Of a DNA stretch of 24,000 bases, positions 15,194 to 22,512 are shown one piece after another. Within the stretch, counting starts at the first letter, position 1. Every line of letters begins with the position of its first letter. The stretch is taken from assembly GCA_900299125.1 (NCBI GenBank), contig OMIR01000047.1, positions 23,234-47,233 of the forward strand. The letters are read 5' to 3'. Below the pieces are notes generated by a model, which did no database searches, was not told where the DNA came from, and saw only the letters and a list, made by a program, of their open reading frames with translations. The stretch comes from Nitrosopumilales archaeon. GTDB taxonomy: Archaea > Thermoproteota > Nitrososphaeria > Nitrososphaerales > Nitrosopumilaceae. Position numbers and translations under genes: made by a program.

Positions 15194-15523
15194 TTATCCT
15201 CTTCCTTGAGCTGCATATCTTCCGGATCTTGCTCTGATGAAGAATGCTGCTGCAATTCCTCCAAATACGGCTGCTGCAATAGCAGAAGCTCCCAAGACTC
15301 CGTCAGCTGCTAGGTATGGAGTGCCAGAACCAGTAGATGGATTTGCTGCTGCTGATTCAACACGTTCTCTCTGAAGTTTTAGTGCTTCTTCGAGTGTGTT
15401 TTTGCCAGTCTTTCCATTTTCTGTGTCTACATTACCCATGTATTGGGCAAATGCACTTTCTGTCATTCCTAGTGATATTACGGCTACAGCAAAAATTGCT
15501 GCTCCGAGTAGTGCTTTATTCAT
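15194..15523 (-). CDS. secreted, C-terminally membrane-anchored protein, 109 aa; candidate accessory AMO subunit (AmoY/AmoZ-type candidate)
   Basis: It has a signal peptide (MNKALLGAAIFAVAVISLGMTESAFAQ), a short soluble segment, and a Gly/Ala-rich C-terminal TM (VLGASAIAAAVFGGIAAAFFI) with a basic tail. Confidence 0.6.
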   Translation of the reverse strand: MNKALLGAAIFAVAVISLGMTESAFAQYMGNVDTENGKTGKNTLEEALKLQRERVESAAANPSTGSGTPYLAADGVLGASAIAAAVFGGIAAAFFIRARSGRYAAQGRG

Positions 15524-15635
15524 AGTGTTTACCTGTGTGTTTGGGGCTAAGGTTTCTATTTAACTTTTTTCTAATCATCAATTCTGAGACGTATTTTGTG
15601 GTAAGGTTTATGTTAGTTCTAGGATCCAAGTCCGC

Positions 15636-16085
15636 ATGGGACGAGTACATACTCACAGACATGGACAATCACACTCAACTAGACCCATTAATCAGAAAGC
15701 TCCATCTTGGGTAACATCTAGTGCAAAAGAAGTAGAAGAGTTGATTGTAAAGTATGGTAAAGACGGTGTACCAATGAGCCAAATTGGAATAAAACTCAGA
15801 GATCAACACGCAATACCACTTGCTAAAAACATCACAAAAAAATCAGTTAAAAAAATATTACAAGAAAATAATATTGTTCAAGACCTTCCAGAAGATCTTA
15901 ACAATATTGTGAAAAAAGCAATCAATTTACAGAGACACCTCAAAAATAACAACTCTGATAAGAGAAATGTTAGATCCCTTGAACTTGTAGAGGCAAAAGT
16001 TCACCGCATTGCCACATACTACAAAAAGATCGGAGCGATCCCACAAAACTGGAAATATAAGTCAGTTGTAGCCCAACTTGAATAA
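15636..16085 (+). CDS. rps15: 30S ribosomal protein S15 (uS15, archaeal S13e type)
   Basis: It has the N-terminus MGRVHTHRHGQSHSTRP and a C-terminal uS15 helix pattern (LELVEAKVHRIATYYKK). Length is 149 aa. Confidence 0.9.
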   Translation: MGRVHTHRHGQSHSTRPINQKAPSWVTSSAKEVEELIVKYGKDGVPMSQIGIKLRDQHAIPLAKNITKKSVKKILQENNIVQDLPEDLNNIVKKAINLQRHLKNNNSDKRNVRSLELVEAKVHRIATYYKKIGAIPQNWKYKSVVAQLE

Positions 16086-17494
16086 TGGGTAGACTCGAAC
16101 AACATTTATCAAATTTCAACAATACAATTTCTGAACAAATAAAGAACAATCGCGACATTAGTGTTGTAACTCATATTGATTGTGACGGATTAACATCTGG
16201 AGCCATAATCACAAAAGCATTGATTCGTGCAGGTGCAAAGATATCTGTACATACGACAAAAGAGATGAACTCTACTATAATCAAAAATCTCCAGTCCGAT
16301 TCTCATGATTTTCACATTATTACTGATTTGGGAGGAGGATTTGCCAAACAGATTGGAGAAGCATTAGGACAGAATTGGTTTATCATAGATCATCATGAAA
16401 TACCTCAAGAGGAACACGATAATGATTCTGTGATAAATGCCTGGAAGTACGGAATCAATGGAGGTATCGAGATTTGTGCTGGTGGTATGGCATTTTTAGC
16501 TGCAAAAGCTTTGGATAAAAGAAATTCAGACTTGGCATCAATTGCAGTAGTCTCTGCTCTAGGTGATCGTCAGGACCAGGGAGAGAGAAAATCATTTTTG
16601 GGCAAAAATCTCGAAATTGTGGAAGAGGCAAAAACAAATGGTTCTCTTAAAGTGGATATGGATCTGCTTTTGGTTGGCCGTGAGACAAGAGCGCTAGTTG
16701 ATGCTTTGGCATTTACATCCCAGCCATTTATTGAAGGATTAACTTGGAATAGGGATGCCAGTCTTGCCCTTTTCAAGTCAGCAGGAATTGAACTCAAGGA
16801 TGGAGGAAGGTGGAGAACGCCCTCAGATCTTACTGAGGAGGAAAAACGCATTATCATTGAATCAATTACAAAATTTGCAAGCAACCAAAATGCCAGTCAG
16901 ATAATGGAGGAATTAATTGGTCATACATACACATTTCCTGTAGAAGAGCCACGAAGTTTTTTGCGCGATGCGAGAGAATTTTCGACAATGCTAAACTCTT
17001 GTGGCAGGATTGGAAGATCCGGTGTAGGAATTGCAATATGTATGGGCGATAGGAACAAAATACTCCAAGAAGGAGAAAACATCTTACTCGAATATAGAAA
17101 ACTAATTCGTGATTATATGAACATTCTAACAAATGAAAGATGGCGAATTAGCGATAGTGCAAAATGTGTAATGGTCAATGGTGAAGGAATCATTCCCGAA
17201 ACAATGTCCGGGACCATATCATCATTACTTGCTGGTTCTCCAAAAAATGCTGGCAAGATCATCATACTTCGAACTAATGGTGAAGAAAACACGATAAAAT
17301 TCTCATCACGTAAATCAACGGGTTGTAAAACCGAGCTCAATCTATCAACTTTGATGAAATCCGGGGCAGAGAAATTCAACGGAATTGGAGGGGGACATGA
17401 TGCTGCTGCCGGTGCAAAGATCACAAAAGATAAGCTTGACGGTTTTTTGGATTATCTAGAAGATAACGTAAATGGAAACATCAATCAAAATTAA
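16085..17494 (+). CDS. DHH-family phosphoesterase, archaeal RecJ/Cdc45-like nuclease
   Basis: DHH motifs are present (THIDCDGLTSG, ITDLGGG, IIDHHE), as is DHHA1 GGGHDAAAG. The start overlaps the S15 stop (TAATG). Confidence 0.85.
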   Translation: MGRLEQHLSNFNNTISEQIKNNRDISVVTHIDCDGLTSGAIITKALIRAGAKISVHTTKEMNSTIIKNLQSDSHDFHIITDLGGGFAKQIGEALGQNWFIIDHHEIPQEEHDNDSVINAWKYGINGGIEICAGGMAFLAAKALDKRNSDLASIAVVSALGDRQDQGERKSFLGKNLEIVEEAKTNGSLKVDMDLLLVGRETRALVDALAFTSQPFIEGLTWNRDASLALFKSAGIELKDGGRWRTPSDLTEEEKRIIIESITKFASNQNASQIMEELIGHTYTFPVEEPRSFLRDAREFSTMLNSCGRIGRSGVGIAICMGDRNKILQEGENILLEYRKLIRDYMNILTNERWRISDSAKCVMVNGEGIIPETMSGTISSLLAGSPKNAGKIIILRTNGEENTIKFSSRKSTGCKTELNLSTLMKSGAEKFNGIGGGHDAAAGAKITKDKLDGFLDYLEDNVNGNINQN

Positions 17495-17708
17495 AATTAA
17501 TAATCTGACCAAGAAAAAGGCCAAAACCATTTTGGCAGCTTTGGAACCAGATAATGTGGATTTTCCCAAAGGACTCTCATTTGAGATGGAAAATCTTGAT
17601 AATGCACTTGTTTTTAATTTTCATAGTACAGGTAATATGAAAACACTCACAGCAACAATTGATGAAGTTCTGGCTCATGTTTCTATAGCATTAAAGGTGA
17701 TAGAATAG
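17472..17708 (+). CDS. KEOPS complex subunit Pcc1-like protein, 78 aa
   Basis: The pattern AKTILAALEPDN...F..........L.F.F.....MKTLTATIDEVLAHVSIALKVIE matches the archaeal Pcc1 layout. It overlaps the RecJ-like gene by 23 nt and the serS start by 1 nt. Confidence 0.65.
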   Translation: METSIKIKINNLTKKKAKTILAALEPDNVDFPKGLSFEMENLDNALVFNFHSTGNMKTLTATIDEVLAHVSIALKVIE

Positions 17709-18970
17709 TGTTAGATCCAAAACTCGTCAAAGAAAAACCAGAAATCATAAGAAAAATGCTAGCTGATAGAAACGTAAATTTTGATTTGGATTTGCTAATT
17801 TCACTTGACGGAAGGAGGCGTGAGTTAATGTCAAAAACAGACGAATTACGTAAGCAAAAAAACCAAGTTTCTATTGAGATTGCAACAAAGAAAAAATCAG
17901 GACAAAATGCAGATTCAAGTATCATACAAATGCAAAAAGTCTCACAAGAGTTACAATTACTAGAAGCGGAACAAATCAAGACAGAATCTGAGTTTAACAG
18001 ATTAAACATGACAATGCCAAACTTAATTCACAATTCAGTGCCAATTGGTCCTGATGATTCTGCCAACATAGAATTACGAAACTGGGGAACGATTCCTAAA
18101 TTCGATTACAAAATCAAAGATCATATTGATATTTCACAGGATCTAGGTGTCGTAGATTTGGAGCGTGCAGCTAAAACTGCCGGAGCTAGATTCTACTATT
18201 TAAAAAATAATTTAGTAAGACTCAATCAGTCATTGATTCATTACGCGCTAGACTTTTTGTCAGAAAAAAATTATGGATTAATCCAACCACCATACATGAT
18301 AAACCGAGCTTCTATGGAAGGTGCAATAATAGCTGATGATTTTGAAAATGTCATCTATAAAGTTCAAGATGAAGACCTATTTTTGATTGGAACATCAGAG
18401 CATTCTATTGTTGCAATGCATGCAGATGAAATACTAGAAGGGAAAGATCTGCCCATTAGATATGCTGGAATTAGTCCGTGTTTTAGGAAGGAGGCAGGTG
18501 CACATGGTCGAGACCAGAAGGGAATATTTCGTGTTCATCAGTTTGAAAAAGTAGAACAGTATGTCTTTACAAGACCTGAAGATTCTTGGAAAGAGCATGA
18601 AAAAATGCTATCTATAGCAGAGGAGTTTTATCAAAATCTAGAAATTCCATATCGAGTAATGATGCTATCTAGTGGAGATTTGGGAAAAGTTTCTGCAAAG
18701 ACTTATGATATTGAAGCTTGGATGGCCGGCCAAAACTCATATCGTGAGATAGTTTCATGTTCTAACTGTCTTGACTTTCAAACAAGAAGACTCAAGATCA
18801 GATTTCGTGATAAGACAAACGAACCAACTCAGTATCTTCATTCTTTGAATAGCACTCTTGTTGCCACTACAAGAACACTGGTTGCAATGTTGGAAAATTT
18901 TCAGACAAAGGATGGCCACATTAGAGTCCCAAAACCTTTGCAGAAGTATCTCGGTCAAGACCTAATATAG
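17708..18970 (+). CDS. serS: serine--tRNA ligase
   Basis: It has the N-terminal coiled-coil arm MLDPKLVKEKPEIIRKMLADR and class II motifs (FRKEAGAHGRDQKGIFRVHQFEKVE, GDLG..SAKTYDIEAW, NSTLVATTRTLVAMLEN). The start is a GTG at 17708. Confidence 0.92.
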   Translation: MLDPKLVKEKPEIIRKMLADRNVNFDLDLLISLDGRRRELMSKTDELRKQKNQVSIEIATKKKSGQNADSSIIQMQKVSQELQLLEAEQIKTESEFNRLNMTMPNLIHNSVPIGPDDSANIELRNWGTIPKFDYKIKDHIDISQDLGVVDLERAAKTAGARFYYLKNNLVRLNQSLIHYALDFLSEKNYGLIQPPYMINRASMEGAIIADDFENVIYKVQDEDLFLIGTSEHSIVAMHADEILEGKDLPIRYAGISPCFRKEAGAHGRDQKGIFRVHQFEKVEQYVFTRPEDSWKEHEKMLSIAEEFYQNLEIPYRVMMLSSGDLGKVSAKTYDIEAWMAGQNSYREIVSCSNCLDFQTRRLKIRFRDKTNEPTQYLHSLNSTLVATTRTLVAMLENFQTKDGHIRVPKPLQKYLGQDLI

Positions 18971-19005
18971 TACAATTATATTTTGGCTACAGGGCCGCTT
19001 AATAA

Positions 19006-19620
19006 TTGGCTCGTAGAAAGGGTGGAAAAGTAAAGGACAAGTGGCGTGAGAAAAAATGGGTCACAGTAGTTGCACCTGAATCATTTAACAATGCACCAAT
19101 TGCATACATCCCAATTACTGATGATGAGAAAGCAGTTGGTCGTGTAATTGAAGTCACATTATTTGATATTCTAAAAGGTGATCCTTCACAATATCAGTAC
19201 AAGATTTACTTCCAAATAACCAAAGTTGAAGGCGATAAAGCATATTCAATATTCAAAAGATACGAGTATGCAAAAGAATTTCTCAGAAGTCTCATCAGAC
19301 GTGGTTCTAGCAAAGTTAACTTTGTAATGAATGTAAAGACAAAGGACAATTATCTTTTCAGATTAAAGGTAATTGCATTAACACATAAAAAATTAAACAC
19401 ATCCAGAAAGCATGCACTCAGATTAATTGCCAGAGATGTTATGAATAAAACAATCCCAGATATGACAATTGACCAATTTGTACAAGCAACATGTTATGGA
19501 AAAATAAATTCAGATATCATGGCAGCAGCCAAGAAGGTAATCAGAATGAGACATGTAGGTCTTGAGAAGGTAAAACTAATCAGAACTGCAGAAGCTCAAG
19601 TCGAATTATTAGAAGCATAG
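19006..19620 (+). CDS. rps3ae: 30S ribosomal protein S3Ae (eS1)
   Basis: The N-terminus ARRKGGKVKDKWREKKWVTVVAPESF is the eS1 signature. The apparent start is a TTG. Confidence 0.9.
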   Translation: MARRKGGKVKDKWREKKWVTVVAPESFNNAPIAYIPITDDEKAVGRVIEVTLFDILKGDPSQYQYKIYFQITKVEGDKAYSIFKRYEYAKEFLRSLIRRGSSKVNFVMNVKTKDNYLFRLKVIALTHKKLNTSRKHALRLIARDVMNKTIPDMTIDQFVQATCYGKINSDIMAAAKKVIRMRHVGLEKVKLIRTAEAQVELLEA

Positions 19621-19621
19621 T

Positions 19622-20053
19622 TTGACGGAAAAAAAATTAGAAGTAGAGATTCAAGTAATAATTCATGCTACTGAGGATCCTCAGAGAATTTTTGATTCAT
19701 TCACACAACTCTTTAATTTAGAAAAGGATGACTTCAGTGTTCAGAAATTGCAGGGGCATTATGACAACCCAATTGTATTGCTTAACGGTAAGATAAAAAA
19801 GAAAAAGGCCACAATATTTGTAAATAGTTTGATTTCCAACATCCCAAAAAAAGACATTGATGAAATAATTGACGAATTAGACAGTAGATGTGATGGTTCC
19901 GGACTTTACATTAGAATATCAAAACAGTCACTAGTTGAAGGTAAAGTTAAACCGGCAGCTGAAGATCCAATCAAAATTAGAGTATACACTCCAGTGTATT
20001 CACAAAAAGATATTCTCAAGACTTATTCTGAAATTCTCACAAGCACAATTTAA
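19622..20053 (+). CDS. DUF54 / COG1931-like predicted RNA-binding protein (predicted exosome-associated)
   Basis: The N-terminus EVEIQVIIHATEDPQRI resembles the conserved .v.a.vH.TED..kv motif of this archaeal family. Length is about 140 aa, with a TTG start 2 nt after the S3Ae stop. Confidence 0.5.
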   Translation: MTEKKLEVEIQVIIHATEDPQRIFDSFTQLFNLEKDDFSVQKLQGHYDNPIVLLNGKIKKKKATIFVNSLISNIPKKDIDEIIDELDSRCDGSGLYIRISKQSLVEGKVKPAAEDPIKIRVYTPVYSQKDILKTYSEILTSTI

Positions 20054-20077
20054 TATCATTTAGAGTAATATAAGATT

Positions 20078-20151
20078 GGGAATGAAGAGCTAACAAGCCG
20101 CTCCAGTCTGAGCAATACGCAAGCTGTGAAGACGCCGCGACGATCTGACCC
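20078..20151 (+). ncRNA. candidate C/D box sRNA (2'-O-methylation guide)
   Basis: The layout is GGG-A-[C: AUGAAGA 20082-20088]-19 nt-[D': CUGA 20108-20111]-14 nt-[C': GUGAAGA 20126-20132]-12 nt guide CGCCGCGACGAU-[D: CUGA 20145-20148]-CCC. GGG/CCC forms a terminal stem. The segment is visibly GC-richer than its AT-rich flanks. A TATA-like TTTAATAT lies about 25 nt upstream. Confidence 0.55.
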
Positions 20152-20201
20152 AAAAAATAATTCAAGATTGTTTTAAATAATCTAATTTCAGCTGTCTCAT
20201 A

Positions 20202-21662
20202 TTGAAGACGGATTATGATTTGATTGTAGCTGGCGGTGGACTAGCCGGCATGATTGCTGCACATTCTGCATCTCATTATTCAAATCAAAAATTATCAATT
20301 CTAGTTATAGATAGAAATTCTCCAATATTACTAGGTAGTAAGTCAATCAATGGTTGGGTATGCGGGGATGCTGTTTCAAAGGAGGCTGTCGATTACATGG
20401 GAAGTCGAATCAAGGTCAATTGGGGCTCACCAGAGATTGAACATAAAGTAAAAGGTGTAATGGCTTTATCTCCAGATAGAGAAACGTCCATACCTTTTGA
20501 TGGTGATGGATTTCTCTTAAACAGACAACAGCTTCCACAAACACAATTCAAAGAGGCACAAAAACGTGGAATAAATGTAGAATTCGAGATAAACCTAACA
20601 GGGCTACTATACGATGGAAACCAAATTGTGGGAGTTGAAGGCCTCAATAAAAAAACAAATCAACCCTACAAAAAAACTGCCAAAGTGGTAATTGATGCAA
20701 CAGGCGTGACCTCGATGCTCAGAAACCAGATTAAGAATACAACAAAAATGGAACGCCGAATAGACAGAACGGATTTAGAATCAACAGGACGTCACATCAT
20801 GTATTTTGAACAGGGTGAACAAGACCTAACAGAATTTGATCCGGATTATTGTCTGATTCATTTAGATCAGGATATTGCGCCAGGCGGATACGGCTGGGTT
20901 TTTCCAAAGGGAAAAAACAAAGTAAACATTGGACTAGGTGTTGAAAAAACATTACTAGACAAAAGAAACAAACGTCTTGGGAAACATGACGATGTTTCTG
21001 GTCTGATAAATCAATATGTTGCAAGAAACAAAGCCATAAAAAATCCAAAACTTTCAACTGATCCAGCAGACTTGCATAATGCTACTGGAAATTTCCAAGT
21101 ATCAGTTAGAAGGCAAAATGATTGCATGGTTGCAAATGGTTTCATGTTAGTAGGAGATTCTGCATGGATGCCAAAACCACTTGATGCTGGAGGGATTGGT
21201 CCAGCATTAATTGCAGGAACCATAATTGGAAAGAATGTTGCACATGCAATTGAATCTGGAGATGTAACAGAAAAAGGATTATGGCAATACAATGTTGATT
21301 ACATTAATGAGTATGGTTACAAAACTCCAGGTCTTGAAGTCTTTAGAAGATTATTACAAATGCTCACAAATGATCAGATCAATTATGGAATGAAGCACTT
21401 TTTGGGAAACATGGACGTAGAGGCCATAAGCAAAGGAGAGCATCCAGACTTTTCAATGGTCGGTAAAATGGGCATGTTAATTCGTGGTGTACTAAATAAG
21501 AAACTAGCTGACGGTCTCAGATACACGACACAGCAAAACAAATGGCTAACACAGCATTATCGTAATTTTCCTACCACTCCTGACGGATTTGATGATTGGC
21601 ACAAGAAATTACTCAAGACCATGAATGATTCTTACGAACACCTTGCCAAATGGGAAAACTAG
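20202..21662 (+). CDS. FAD-dependent geranylgeranyl reductase family protein (likely archaeal lipid saturase)
   Basis: It has the dinucleotide-binding motif DYDLIVAGGGLAGMIAA, a GD motif region LVGDSAWMPKPLDAGGIGPAL and a GGYGWVFPKG motif. The TTG start has a TATA-like TTTTAAATAA about 26 nt upstream. Confidence 0.82.
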   Translation: MKTDYDLIVAGGGLAGMIAAHSASHYSNQKLSILVIDRNSPILLGSKSINGWVCGDAVSKEAVDYMGSRIKVNWGSPEIEHKVKGVMALSPDRETSIPFDGDGFLLNRQQLPQTQFKEAQKRGINVEFEINLTGLLYDGNQIVGVEGLNKKTNQPYKKTAKVVIDATGVTSMLRNQIKNTTKMERRIDRTDLESTGRHIMYFEQGEQDLTEFDPDYCLIHLDQDIAPGGYGWVFPKGKNKVNIGLGVEKTLLDKRNKRLGKHDDVSGLINQYVARNKAIKNPKLSTDPADLHNATGNFQVSVRRQNDCMVANGFMLVGDSAWMPKPLDAGGIGPALIAGTIIGKNVAHAIESGDVTEKGLWQYNVDYINEYGYKTPGLEVFRRLLQMLTNDQINYGMKHFLGNMDVEAISKGEHPDFSMVGKMGMLIRGVLNKKLADGLRYTTQQNKWLTQHYRNFPTTPDGFDDWHKKLLKTMNDSYEHLAKWEN

Positions 21663-21714
21663 TGCTAAATTATGACTAATCATTTTAAATAAAGTCCAAT
21701 CAGATATCATCATA

Positions 21715-22512
21715 TTGCAAACTACAACATCTTACTTAGATTGGAATAATTCTATCGATATACTATCCAAAGCATTTGATGCCGGGTTATTCACTCTAAT
21801 AATTGGCCCTAAAGGAACAGGTAAGACTACTCTAGTCCGAGAATTTACCAAAACAAAAAATGCAAAATTAGAATCAATTAACTTTAGTCTTCGAACGCGC
21901 GAAAGTCACCTAATAGGTACAAAAACCCTCAATGAGGGAACCATAGGATTTGATGAGGGAATTCTAATAAAATCCATGAAAGAGGGAAGTGTTCTATATC
22001 TTGATGAGCTAAATGCCGCAGAAGCTGATGTTTTACTCAGATTAGATGAAGCTCTAGATGATAGAAGACAAATTGTTCTCAAGGAATCTACCGGAGAGAC
22101 GATAAATGCAGATCAGAAATGGTTTGTTATTGCAACAATTAATCCATTAACGCATGTAGGAACTAAGGAACTTCCACCACAACTATTAAGCAGATTTCCA
22201 GTTAGAATTAGATTAGATTATCCGCCAGAAGAGACAGAATTTCAAATCGTTAAAAAATATTCTTCAGGAAAACATGATGATGCATTAAAACAGGGAATTA
22301 AACTAGCTAGTACTCTAAGGCAAGCAGCAGCAGTTGAGGAATTGTATTACTCACCCAGTCTCAGAGAAACAATTGCATTTACAAAGCTATTAGATTCAGG
22401 AATTGAAACAAAAAAAGCTGCAGATATTGTATTTGGCAATGTTTATTCACAATGGGGAAATGTTGAATATCAAAAAGTAAGCGATATTATTACATCAATG
22501 TTCGGTAGATAA
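21715..22512 (+). CDS. AAA+ ATPase of the MoxR / CbbQ-NirQ-NorQ (AAA_5) type
   Basis: It has Walker A GPKGTGKTT, Walker B VLYLDELN, a sensor region ATINP and an RFP..I.LDYP motif. Length is 265 aa with a TTG start. Confidence 0.8.
   Translation: MQTTTSYLDWNNSIDILSKAFDAGLFTLIIGPKGTGKTTLVREFTKTKNAKLESINFSLRTRESHLIGTKTLNEGTIGFDEGILIKSMKEGSVLYLDELNAAEADVLLRLDEALDDRRQIVLKESTGETINADQKWFVIATINPLTHVGTKELPPQLLSRFPVRIRLDYPPEETEFQIVKKYSSGKHDDALKQGIKLASTLRQAAAVEELYYSPSLRETIAFTKLLDSGIETKKAADIVFGNVYSQWGNVEYQKVSDIITSMFGR

Noticed and set aside
15571-15590. UGAUGA (C-box-like) on the minus strand and CUGA on the plus strand in the spacer between the 109-aa gene and S15: a possible second C/D sRNA.
   Set aside because: The two boxes are on opposite strands. 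There is no partner D box downstream of the minus-strand UGAUGA, no terminal stem and no GC enrichment.
16455-17424. Four antisense ORFs of 60-104 aa (16455..16637, 16570..16884, 16866..17132, 17113..17424) nested opposite the RecJ-like gene.
   Set aside because: They lie entirely within a well-supported 469-aa CDS carrying DHH/DHHA1 motifs. Their translations are low-complexity or odd in composition, and they have no promoter or terminator context. Other short shadow ORFs in the track look the same, for example 1630..1821, 2982..3197, 3957..4205, 4694..4885, 6912..7493, 8968..9189, 13646..13837, 14486..14731, 15337..15525, 15970..16158, 17683..18009, 18755..18958 and 20393..21292.
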